Source: an uncultured delta proteobacterium
GTDB taxonomy: Bacteria; Desulfobacterota; Binatia; Binatales; Binataceae
DNA: 64,000 nt
Assembly (NCBI GenBank): GCA_963808235.1
Contig: CAWEEQ010000004.1
Location: 480,001 to 544,000, forward strand
Direction: 5' to 3'
The position numbers and the translations under genes are program-made. How positions within the stretch are numbered: position 1 is the first letter of the stretch; each line of letters opens with the position of its first letter. Below the pieces are notes generated by a model. That model was not told the origin of the DNA, did no database searches, and worked only from the letters and a program-made list of their open reading frames with translations. Below are positions 53,473 through 61,960 of this stretch, one piece after another.

Positions 53473-53547
53473 GGAATACGTAATTCAGTACAGGTGGTTG
53501 CGCAATATAATGCTTGTGTATGGAACGATAGCTTCCGAACAGGTGTT
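53473..53547 (+). promoter_or_regulatory. Two tandem SigH/SigR-like ECF promoter motifs upstream of the precursor gene
   Basis: GGAAT-N19-GTT (53473-53499) and GGAAC-N18-GTT (53522-53547); both contain CAGGTG at the -10 end. Confidence 0.5.
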
Positions 53548-53634
53548 TAGACATTGGCATCACGCTGTATTTATTTCGGCGCGATTGGTAAGTCGGTAAC
53601 TATCAGGCATGAAACCCGAAAGGAGATAAGGATC

Positions 53635-53904
53635 ATGAGAAAAGCGAAAATCACCGGTGCGATGCTCGCGACTGCGGTGGCGCTGGTCTTTGCGGGCAGT
53701 GTGGTGCAGGCCGCGGACTCCGGCTCGGCGGCGTCGCAAGTCAAGTGCGTCGGCGGCAACTCGTGCAAGGGGCAGAGCGCGTGCAAGAGCGCGTCGAGCG
53801 ATTGCAAGGGTCAGAATGCATGCAAGGGCAAGGGCTACGTGATGACTCCAAGTGCGAAAGAGTGCCTGGCGGCGGGAGGAAAGCCGGAGACGAAGAAAGA
53901 TTAG
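53635..53904 (+). CDS. Secreted Cys-rich MNIO precursor peptide, bufferin BufA2-like
   Basis: AGGAG RBS; Sec signal ending VQA; mature part CVGGNSCKGQSAC..CKGQNACKGKG..C with 6 Cys; immediately upstream of DUF692. Confidence 0.85.
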   Translation: MRKAKITGAMLATAVALVFAGSVVQAADSGSAASQVKCVGGNSCKGQSACKSASSDCKGQNACKGKGYVMTPSAKECLAAGGKPETKKD

Positions 53905-53949
53905 GGCCACTGGCGCGTTGGTAGAAAAACGGAGCGTCGAATCATTGCG

Positions 53950-54859
53950 ATGAAGCGATCAGATTTTCCACGTTTGGGTTTCGGCGTGGGGCTACGGCGG
54001 CCTCACTATAAACTGATCGTCGAGACGCATCCGAAAGTAGATTGGTTCGAGGTCATCTCGGAAAACTTCATGGTCGAAGGCGGACGCGCGCTCGAAGTGC
54101 TCGAAGCGGTGCGCGAGCAGTATCCAATTGCGATGCACGGGGTGTCGATGTCGATTGGCTCGAGCGATCCGCTCAGTCGCAAGTACCTGCGTCAACTGCG
54201 CGATCTCGCGCGGCGCTTCGAGCCGGCGTGGATCTCGGACCATCTGTGCTGGACCGGCGTTGGCGGGCGCAATCTGCATGACCTCTTACCTTTGCCATAC
54301 ACCGAAGAAGCGATCCGTCATGTGGCGGCGCGGATTCGGCGGGTCCAGGAAACGCTCGAGCGGCCGATGTTGATCGAAAACGTTTCCAGCTACATGGCAT
54401 TCGCCGACTCGACGATGACCGAGTGGGAATTCATTTCGTGCGATAGCCGAAGAGGCTGACTGCGGAATCCTGCTCGACATCAACAACATCTTTGTGAGCG
54501 CGTTCAATCATCGCTTCGACGCCAACGATTATATCGACGCGGTGCCGGCGGATCGCGTGGTGCAGTACCATCTCGCTGGGCATAGCGACCACGGTACTTA
54601 CCTGCTCGATACGCACGATCATCCGATCCGCGAAGAAGTGTGGGCGTTGTATGAGCGCGCGGCGCGGCGATTCGGCGAAGTCGCGACGCTCGTCGAGTGG
54701 GACGACAACATCCCGGAGTTCGCCGTGCTTGCCGACGCGTCGGAGCGGGCACGCGGCATCTTCAATACAGTTACCAACGAGCATGACGCGCGGAGTCGCG
54801 ATGGCCGTTCGCCTGAAGCGATTGGAAAGCATCCTCTATCGGCTGATCACCGCCCCTAG
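53950..54859 (+). CDS. DUF692 multinuclear non-heme iron oxidase (MNIO, BufB-like), split by a +1 frameshift near 54434-54436
   Basis: GVGLRRPHY, WFEVISENF, HGVSMSIG, SDHLCW, HDLLPLPY, IENVSSY, then in the shifted frame ADCGILLDINN, YHLAGH, DTH, VEWD. Confidence 0.92.
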
Positions 54860-55673
54860 CGGTGTCGCCGAAGGATTGGCCGCCGAGCGCGAGCTGCCGG
54901 CAGGCGGCCTCGATGCGCTCGTGCGCGGTGACGATCGTCTGTCGGCCGAGGATCGTGTCGATATCTACGCGAACATGTACTTCTACCGCCTGCTCGATGT
55001 GCTCAAGGAAGATTTTCCCGCAACGCTGAAAGTCCTCGGCGACGACAATTTTCATAACCTCGCGACCGGCTACCTGCTCGAATATCCGCCGACCGAGCCG
55101 TCGGTGTACTACTGCGGGCGTCATCTGGCGGATTTCCTCCGCGCTCATCCACTCGGAAGCGACACGCCGTACATTGCGGACCTGGCAGCACTCGAGCGCG
55201 CGGTGGTCGAAGTATTTCATGGCCCCGACGCGGCCGCGCTCGAGCCCGAGCATCTTCGCGTTATCGCTCCTGAAAAATGGCAGGCGTTGAAACTACGGAC
55301 GCATCCCGCGGTGCAAATTCTCAATCTCAAATGGCGAGTCGTGGAAATTTTGCGGGCGGTGGAAGAGCATCGTGAATGGAAGCCCGCCGATGCCGGCGCG
55401 ATCCAGGCGATCGTGTGGCGGCGCAACTCGCGGGTATTCTACCGTGAACTCGAAAAGGTTGAGGAACGAGCGCTCGAAACTGCTCGCGCCGGCGTCACGT
55501 TCGCGAAAGTGTGCGAGCTCGTCGCTGCCGACGGTGACCCGGCGCGCGAACCGGTGGAGGAGCTGAATCGATTGCTCGCGCGATGGCTCGGCGACGGCAT
55601 TCTAACCAGCTCCAGAACTTCGCGCCGCATCGGAGCGGGTGATCTTTCGACGGCTCGCGGATATAAGTCATAG
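54801..55673 (+). CDS. DUF2063 (BufC/HvfC-like) MNIO partner protein
   Basis: RVDIYANMYFYRLLDVLKEDFPA..LG.DNF..L..YL..YPP, ADLAALERA, HPAV, VWRR. Confidence 0.88.
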   Translation: MAVRLKRLESILYRLITAPSGVAEGLAAERELPAGGLDALVRGDDRLSAEDRVDIYANMYFYRLLDVLKEDFPATLKVLGDDNFHNLATGYLLEYPPTEPSVYYCGRHLADFLRAHPLGSDTPYIADLAALERAVVEVFHGPDAAALEPEHLRVIAPEKWQALKLRTHPAVQILNLKWRVVEILRAVEEHREWKPADAGAIQAIVWRRNSRVFYRELEKVEERALETARAGVTFAKVCELVAADGDPAREPVEELNRLLARWLGDGILTSSRTSRRIGAGDLSTARGYKS

Positions 55674-55706
55674 ACGCCCGGCATCAGGAGCCGAGCGGAA
55701 ATCTCC

Positions 55707-56804
55707 GTGACCGGCAACAGCATTCGAGTCGAGCGCCCGTCGAGCAGCGAGCAACTTGATGAGTTCGCACGCCTTCCGTTTCAAGTCTATGGAAATCGTG
55801 ACGCGTGGTGGCCGCCTGACGTCCAAAACGAGATCGATCTGCTCTCGCGCCGCAGCTTGCTTGCCGCGTACCTGGAAATCGAGCCGTTCTGTGCGTGGCG
55901 CGCGGGCAAGCTGGTCGCGCGTGTGACGGCAATCGTCAATCGCCGGTACATCGAACATTGGAACGAGCCGCTCGGCCAGCTGATTCATTTCGAGGCGCTC
56001 GAAGACGAAGACGAGGCAGTCGCGGCGATGCTCGCAGATAGCCGGCGATGGCTCCGCGAGCGCGGGATGCGCTTCGCGCGGAGCGGCTTCGCGGCGTTTC
56101 TGGATTATCCGTATGTGATCGACAACTATCGATCGTTCCCGTCGTTTCTGCTGCGCGGAAATCCTCCGTCGTACCATCGCTACTTCAAGGATGCGGGCTT
56201 CACCACGGAAAAAGGGCAGGTTGATTACACCGCACCGCTAAGCGCCGAGATGCTCGCGCGCTATCGCGGTATGGCCGAATCGGCAAGCGCGTCGGGAGTT
56301 ACGATTCGAAGCTGGCGCGAGTTCGGATTTCTGGCCGCAATCGACGCGTGGACCGACGTGACCAACGCGGCTTTCAATCGGCACTGGGGATGGAACCCGG
56401 TGACGCGGGCGGAAGTGCGGCCGATGCTGACAACGCTGTGGGAAACTCCGGTCGCCGACTTGTCGATGCTCGCGTCGGTTGGCAGCGAGGTCGTAGGCGC
56501 AGTCTTCTCGGTGCCGGACTTGAGTGCTGCGCTTGCGCGGGTGCGCAGGGGAGTCAGCCTTGAGCCGGAGCGCGGCGGCGGTACTCGCGGCGCGTTGATC
56601 AATATCGGAGTCATCGAGAGGGCGCGCGGGCGTGGGATCGCGCTTGCGATGGCGGCGCGATCGTTCCTCGCGATGGCGTCGCGCAAGATGCGATTCGCGG
56701 GCTACACGCTGGTGCTCGATGACAATTGGGCATCGCGCCGAACCGCGCAGAGCCTGGGCGCGCAGGTGACGAACAATTTCGTCACCTATCGTTGCGAGCT
56801 TTAG
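55707..56804 (+). CDS. Tandem GNAT-fold acyltransferase (resembles the YghO/bacterial ceramide synthase-like family)
   Basis: F..LPFQVY..WWPP, GKLVARVTA, HFEA, WLRERGM, NPPSYHRYF..AGF, AFNRHWGWNP, IGVIERARGRGIA, LVLDDN. Confidence 0.7.
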   Translation: MTGNSIRVERPSSSEQLDEFARLPFQVYGNRDAWWPPDVQNEIDLLSRRSLLAAYLEIEPFCAWRAGKLVARVTAIVNRRYIEHWNEPLGQLIHFEALEDEDEAVAAMLADSRRWLRERGMRFARSGFAAFLDYPYVIDNYRSFPSFLLRGNPPSYHRYFKDAGFTTEKGQVDYTAPLSAEMLARYRGMAESASASGVTIRSWREFGFLAAIDAWTDVTNAAFNRHWGWNPVTRAEVRPMLTTLWETPVADLSMLASVGSEVVGAVFSVPDLSAALARVRRGVSLEPERGGGTRGALINIGVIERARGRGIALAMAARSFLAMASRKMRFAGYTLVLDDNWASRRTAQSLGAQVTNNFVTYRCEL

Positions 56805-56838
56805 TTTCAGTCTCAAAGAGGATAGAAAGCCGTGTTTG

Positions 56839-57321
56839 ATGCTTAGCCTCCGCCTGGTCGTGCTCTTCACCCATGTTGTTGCGGTAATCGTCGCACTCGG
56901 CAGCTCGCTGTTCAGCACTTTTGCGCTAGCGCCGATTCTTGCGGATGAACTCGAACCGCCCAACCGGATTCGAGTCGCACGCCGCGTGATTCGACGGCTC
57001 GGCGCCATTGTCCTGACATCACTTGCCGTGCTGATCGTGACCGGAATCCTGAACGTGCTCTTTGTCGGCGGCGTCTCGATTCTTCTTTTGATCAAGCTGA
57101 TACTGGTAATCGTCGTGATCGGACTCGCGCTGTATCAATACGGAAACCTCGGTGCGCGGATTTGGCGGCTGTCCGCGGGTGGTCCGAGTCCGGAGATCGC
57201 GGAGTTGCAAGCGCGTTTTCGACGAGTGGGACTGACCGTCGGAGCGCTGGTACTGCTGATCGTTTATCTGTCGCTCGGGCTGACGCGCGGATCCGAAGCG
57301 ATCGTCGCCGCGATTCGCTGA
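56839..57321 (+). CDS. CopD-like four-helix membrane protein
   Basis: FTHVVAV..LGS..F...LAP, RRL..LIVTGILN, LLIKLILV pattern typical of CopD/DUF4149-like proteins. Confidence 0.6.
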   Translation: MLSLRLVVLFTHVVAVIVALGSSLFSTFALAPILADELEPPNRIRVARRVIRRLGAIVLTSLAVLIVTGILNVLFVGGVSILLLIKLILVIVVIGLALYQYGNLGARIWRLSAGGPSPEIAELQARFRRVGLTVGALVLLIVYLSLGLTRGSEAIVAAIR

Positions 57322-57324
57322 ACG

Positions 57325-57882
57325 ATGCTGCGCCGAAGAAAATCGCCGCGCCGAATTCCGCGATGGATACGGTTGCTCACCGACCTGGCGATTTTTCTCG
57401 CGGTCATCACGACGCTGAGCTACGGTAGCGGAGCGCATATTGTGGTTCGATATCTGAATCCGCCGTTCGGCGCATGGTGGAACGCCAACGAGTTTGCGAT
57501 GATCGAGTGCTCCGCGGCCGCTTTCGGGATGCTGGCGGGAATAAAGCTGAGTGCGCGGCTGGTCGATGGTCAATCGCTAACGCAAAACTCGATGATCGCC
57601 GCGGTAGTCGCCGGCGCGCTCGCGTTGCCGGTGGTTGCGAGCCTTGGCGCCCAGGTTGCGCGTTATCGATTCACGCGCGGTGCGTCCGCGAACGCATGGC
57701 TTATCGATCACGCCGGCTACGACACGGGAATGTTCCTTGACAAGCTTCTCGGCGCTGGCGTTTACTCGACGAAGATTGCACTGATCGCGCTTCCAGTCGG
57801 GATGATTCTCTTCGGACTCGGGATCGTTATTTTCCCAAACGCCGCGCCCGAAGCCGACCCTGGGCAAGCAATTTCGAAATGA
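57325..57882 (+). CDS. Hypothetical membrane protein
   Basis: About 4 hydrophobic segments; 3-nt gap to the upstream gene and 4-nt overlap with the downstream gene. Confidence 0.6.
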   Translation: MLRRRKSPRRIPRWIRLLTDLAIFLAVITTLSYGSGAHIVVRYLNPPFGAWWNANEFAMIECSAAAFGMLAGIKLSARLVDGQSLTQNSMIAAVVAGALALPVVASLGAQVARYRFTRGASANAWLIDHAGYDTGMFLDKLLGAGVYSTKIALIALPVGMILFGLGIVIFPNAAPEADPGQAISK

Positions 57883-58550
57883 GCATCGACGATCGCAAAC
57901 CGCTGAGACCGCCCGCGATCAGCCGTCGATCGTTTATCAAGGGCGCCGGAGCGGTCGCGGCCGCAGCCGGTCTGGCGCGCGTTCCGGTTGCGTCGGCAGA
58001 TCAAAAATCTCTGCCCCCAGGTGTCACCGAAAGTCTGGGCCCTGCGGCCGAGGCAATTGAACTGAAAATCAATGGCAACTTGACCAGGCTCACGATCGAG
58101 CCGCGCGTTACCTTGCTCAGTGCGCTCCGCGAGCATCTTGGATTGACCGGAACTAAGCTGGTCTGCGATCGAGGCGCCTGCGGCGCATGCACGGTGCATC
58201 TCGACGGCAGACCGATCACTTCATGCATGATGCTGGCGGTGGACGCGCGCGGGCATGATGTCACGACAATCGAGGGGCTCGGGACGCCGGCGAAAATGCA
58301 TCCGGTGCAAGCGGCATTCGTCGAGGCCGACGCGTTGCAATGCGGATTCTGCACGCCGGGCATGGTGATGTCGGTGGCAGCAGCGCTCGAGCGCAATCCG
58401 GCGGCTACGCTCGACGAAATCAAACACGCGACGGCTGGAAATATTTGCCGATGCGGAACTTATACGCACGTCTTTGCAGCGGCGATGAATGTCGCCAAGT
58501 CGTCGACTGTCAAGACAGCGCGCATACCGCGTTCGCGTGGAGATTCCTGA
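57879..58550 (+). CDS. Tat-exported 2x[2Fe-2S] subunit of a xanthine oxidase-family molybdoenzyme (PaoA/YagT-like)
   Basis: SRRSFIK Tat motif; CDRGACGACTV, SC, QCGFCTPG, NICRCGTY. Confidence 0.93.
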   Translation: MSIDDRKPLRPPAISRRSFIKGAGAVAAAAGLARVPVASADQKSLPPGVTESLGPAAEAIELKINGNLTRLTIEPRVTLLSALREHLGLTGTKLVCDRGACGACTVHLDGRPITSCMMLAVDARGHDVTTIEGLGTPAKMHPVQAAFVEADALQCGFCTPGMVMSVAAALERNPAATLDEIKHATAGNICRCGTYTHVFAAAMNVAKSSTVKTARIPRSRGDS

Positions 58551-60751
58551 TGTCGCGACGCGTCACGCTCAACCTTGGAAGAGAAGGTGACACACGCTCG
58601 GTCACGGTGGACATTCCCGACGACGAACCGACGCCGTGGGATTGGGGCGCGCGGCTCTCGATCGTCGGGCGTGAGACACCGCGCGTCGATGGGCCGCTGA
58701 AGGCGTGCGGCAGTGCGCATTACACTTACGATATCGAACTGCCGGGGATGCTTTACGGCGCGATCCTGCGTAGTCCGTGGCCGCACGCGAGAGTGCGCGA
58801 GGTCGACTTGTCGGGGGCGAAGCGGATGGCGGGAGTGCGTGCGGCGATTGCCAGCGACGATCGCGAAATTCGTTTCGCGGGACAGGAAGTCGCGGCGGTC
58901 GCGGCGCTCAGCAGCGATATCGCGTCCGACGCGCTGAAACTTATCAAGGTCGATTACGAAACTTTGCCGTTCGTGGTCGATGTCGATTCCGCGATGACCG
59001 ATTCGTCACCGCGCGTATTCGGCAGCGGTTCCAATCTTGGCCGCGTGACTACTTCGAACAGCGGCAATGTCGCGCGCGGACTGGAACAAGCGGCCACCAC
59101 TATCGAGACGACCTACACGACGCAGGTACAGACTCACGTCTCGCTCGAGACGCATGGCGCGGTCGCGAGCTTCAGCGGCGACGAACTCACGGTCTGGTGC
59201 TCGACGCAGGGAATTTTCTCAGTGCGCGACGACCTGGCAGTGTACTTCGATCTGCCGCCGGAGAAGGTGCGCGCGGTTTGCGAATTCCTGGGCGGCGGCT
59301 TCGGATCGAAATTCGGTGCGACCCCTGAAATCATCGTCGCCGCTCGCCTTGCAAAGGCAGCGGGCGTGCCGGTGAAGGTCATGCTTCCGCGCGCCGATGA
59401 GCATCGATCAACCGGCAATCGTCCAAGCTCGGTGCAGGCGGTCAAGCTCGGCGTCGATGGCGGCGGGAAGTTGACGGCGATCGATCTGGTCCAGCATGGA
59501 TCGGGCGGGATCGGCGCCGGCTCCGGCAGTTCGGGCCCGTTCAAATCAATCTATCGATGCGACAATATCCATACCGAAGAGCGCAACGTGTATATCAACG
59601 CGGGCCCCGCTTCTCCGATGCGCGCGCCAGGATGGCCGCAGGGATGCTACGCGCTGGAACTCGCGATGGACGAGATGGCGCGCAAAATCGGGATCGACCG
59701 GCTCGAGTTCCGGCGCCGCAACAGCGACAATCCGGTCCGCACGGCCGAGTATGATATCGGCGCGCGCAGGTTCGGATGGTCGGAAAAGAGTGCGCCGAAA
59801 AAATCTACCGGCCCTCTGAAGCGCGGGGTCGGAGTCGCGTCGGCGGCGTGGCACGCGGTCGGAGTGTCGGGCCCCGAGGCGCAAGTGATTGCGAATCGCG
59901 ACGGCAGCGTCGAGGTTCGGGTCGGCACCCAGGATATCGGCACGGGCACGCGCACGGTTTTAGCGATAGTCGCGGCGGAGGAACTTGGTCTGCCGATCGA
60001 TCGGGTCAAGTCTGAAATCGGCGATACGCGATTCCTTTTTTCGGTGCCTTCGGGCGGCAGTCTGAGCGCACCCTCGAACACGCCGGCGGTGCGGCAGGCC
60101 GCGGCACATCTCAAGGACAAGCTGTTTCGAATCGCGGCGCCGATGCTCGGCGCAGAGCCCAACGATCTCGAGGCGTCGAATGCGACGATTCGAGTCCGTA
60201 CCAATCCGTCGCGCGCGATCGCGTTTGCCGACGTCTGCAGGCGGATTTCCGGCGATTCGATCTCGGCGCAGGGCGAGCGGGTTCCGAACTACGGCGGATA
60301 TCGGACCGACCAGGCGGGATGCCAGTTCGCGGAAGTCGAAGTCGACACGGAAACCGGAATCGTTCGGGTTGTGCGCGTGGTCGCGGTGCATGACGCGGGG
60401 CGGATTCTCGATCCGTTGACGGCGCGGAGCCAGGTCAACGGCGGCGTCTTGATGGGAATCGGGTTCGCGCTCTTCGAAGATCGGCGGATGGATCCGCAGC
60501 TCGGAATAATGGTGAATCCGACCATGGACGATTACAAAATGCTCGGTTCGATGGACGCGCCGCAGATCGATGTGACTTTCGTCGACGTTGCCAACGGGCT
60601 CAACAACACCGGTGTGATGGGGCTCGGCGAGGTGGCGCATCTGGCGAGCACCGCGGCGGTCGCATGCGCGGTGTCTGACGCGATCGGATTGCCGGTGCGC
60701 TCGCTTCCGATGACGCCGGATCGGGTGCTGGCCGTTTTGGGGCACGCTTGA
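58550..60751 (+). CDS. Molybdopterin-binding large subunit (PaoC/YagR-like)
   Basis: ATG overlaps the small-subunit TGA; RVDGPLKA.G.A.Y, LGGGFGSK, MRAPG, QDIGTG, GGS, QVNGG, GLGE (catalytic Glu), LPMTPDRVL. Confidence 0.93.
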   Translation: MSRRVTLNLGREGDTRSVTVDIPDDEPTPWDWGARLSIVGRETPRVDGPLKACGSAHYTYDIELPGMLYGAILRSPWPHARVREVDLSGAKRMAGVRAAIASDDREIRFAGQEVAAVAALSSDIASDALKLIKVDYETLPFVVDVDSAMTDSSPRVFGSGSNLGRVTTSNSGNVARGLEQAATTIETTYTTQVQTHVSLETHGAVASFSGDELTVWCSTQGIFSVRDDLAVYFDLPPEKVRAVCEFLGGGFGSKFGATPEIIVAARLAKAAGVPVKVMLPRADEHRSTGNRPSSVQAVKLGVDGGGKLTAIDLVQHGSGGIGAGSGSSGPFKSIYRCDNIHTEERNVYINAGPASPMRAPGWPQGCYALELAMDEMARKIGIDRLEFRRRNSDNPVRTAEYDIGARRFGWSEKSAPKKSTGPLKRGVGVASAAWHAVGVSGPEAQVIANRDGSVEVRVGTQDIGTGTRTVLAIVAAEELGLPIDRVKSEIGDTRFLFSVPSGGSLSAPSNTPAVRQAAAHLKDKLFRIAAPMLGAEPNDLEASNATIRVRTNPSRAIAFADVCRRISGDSISAQGERVPNYGGYRTDQAGCQFAEVEVDTETGIVRVVRVVAVHDAGRILDPLTARSQVNGGVLMGIGFALFEDRRMDPQLGIMVNPTMDDYKMLGSMDAPQIDVTFVDVANGLNNTGVMGLGEVAHLASTAAVACAVSDAIGLPVRSLPMTPDRVLAVLGHA

Positions 60752-60752
60752 G

Positions 60753-61745
60753 ATGAATCGATTTGAGATAGTCACGCCGGCCGACGTAGCAAGCGCCTCG
60801 CGCTTGATGGCGGAGAACGGCCACGCGGCGCTGGCGGGCGGCGTGGATGTCGTCGATCTTGCGAAGCAAAATATAGCGACGCCGACGACGTTGGTGAATC
60901 TGAAAGGCCTGAAGGGGCTCGGCGGAATCGAGGTGCGGCCGTCTGGCGAATTGCGCCTCGGTGCGACGGCGAAGCTGAGCGAAGTCGCGGAGCATCCGGC
61001 GATCCGCGCGAAGTTCACCGCGATTGCGGACGCGGCGGGTGAAGCGGCGACGCCGCAGATTCGCAACCTCGGCACCGTCGGCGGAAATATTCTGCAACGT
61101 CCGCGATGCTGGTACTTTCGGAATCCTGACGTGAATTGCCTGAAGAAGGGCGGTGACAAGTGCTACGCGATTGGCGGGCTCAACCGCTATCACTCGATCC
61201 TGGGCGGAGGGCCGTCGTATATCGTGCATCCGTCGAACCTGGCGCCCGCGCTGATCGCGTTTGGCGCGAGTGCGACTATCGTCGGTCCCGACGGTGAGCG
61301 CGCCGTCGAGCTCGAGAAATTTTTCGCGCTGCCGACGGTGGATCCGCGGCGCGAAAATCTTCTCAAGCCCGGCGAAATTATCACCGAAGTAATTGTGCCC
61401 GCGCCGTCCGCGAACGCCCGCAGTGTCTATCTTGAAGCGCGCGAGAAGCAAAGTTTTGACTGGCCGCTGGTGAGCGCGGCGGTTGTGATCGACGGCACGC
61501 CTGGCGCGAAGAGTATCCGCGATGCGCGCGTGGTGATGGGCGCGGTTGCGCCGGTCCCGTGGCGATCGCTCGACGCCGAGAATGTGCTCAAAGCCGGGTC
61601 GCTCGACGAGTCGCGCGCACGCACGGCCGCCGATGCGGCGCTGAAAAATGCGCAGCCCATGTCGGACAACGCTTACAAGGTCGTGATCGCAAAAGTGATC
61701 GTGCGCCGTGCGATCATGCGCGCCGCCCGACTGGAGGCCGCATAA
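60753..61745 (+). CDS. FAD-binding subunit (PaoB/YagS-like)
   Basis: LAGGVDVV, ATPQIRNLGTVGGNILQRPRCWYFR, HPSNLAPAL, AVAPVPWR, DNAYKV. Confidence 0.93.
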   Translation: MNRFEIVTPADVASASRLMAENGHAALAGGVDVVDLAKQNIATPTTLVNLKGLKGLGGIEVRPSGELRLGATAKLSEVAEHPAIRAKFTAIADAAGEAATPQIRNLGTVGGNILQRPRCWYFRNPDVNCLKKGGDKCYAIGGLNRYHSILGGGPSYIVHPSNLAPALIAFGASATIVGPDGERAVELEKFFALPTVDPRRENLLKPGEIITEVIVPAPSANARSVYLEAREKQSFDWPLVSAAVVIDGTPGAKSIRDARVVMGAVAPVPWRSLDAENVLKAGSLDESRARTAADAALKNAQPMSDNAYKVVIAKVIVRRAIMRAARLEAA

Positions 61746-61747
61746 GC

Positions 61748-61960
61748 ATGGCCTCGCGAACCGACAACTTTTGCGCGCTGCTTCGCACCAAGACTGCTTA
61801 CTATCGCAATCCCGAGGGCGAGCGGATCTTCGATCCGGAAAGTTCCACCGCCTGCTACACCTGTCTCAAGACGCAGCGCCCGGTCGGTCCCGATGGTTTA
61901 CCCGTCGACGCGCAATCGTGCGGCGCCGAGCGTGGATGCTTTGAGGAGGAGCGAACATGA
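61748..61960 (+). CDS. Small Cys-rich protein (70 aa) translationally coupled to the molybdoenzyme genes
   Basis: ATG 2 nt after the FAD-subunit stop; stop overlaps the cupin ATG; CALLRTK..CYTCLKTQRPVGPDG..C..RGCF. Confidence 0.7.
   Translation: MASRTDNFCALLRTKTAYYRNPEGERIFDPESSTACYTCLKTQRPVGPDGLPVDAQSCGAERGCFEEERT

Noticed and set aside
53596-53620. GTAACT-N15-CGAA resembling a SigF (ECF16) promoter before the precursor
   Set aside because: It abuts the AGGAG RBS, so the transcript would lack it; the spacing is short and the adjacent sigma does not look SigF-like.
54457-54459. TGA ending the first DUF692 fragment considered as selenocysteine readthrough
   Set aside because: Homology continues in a different frame starting upstream of the TGA, so it is an indel rather than readthrough.
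58340-58549. N-terminal extensions in the ORF track for the Mo subunit (and for purQ, dut, usp, GH26, DUF2063, ylxR)
   Set aside because: Downstream starts with RBS or stop/start overlaps fit family N-termini better; the extensions overlap neighbouring genes or promoters.
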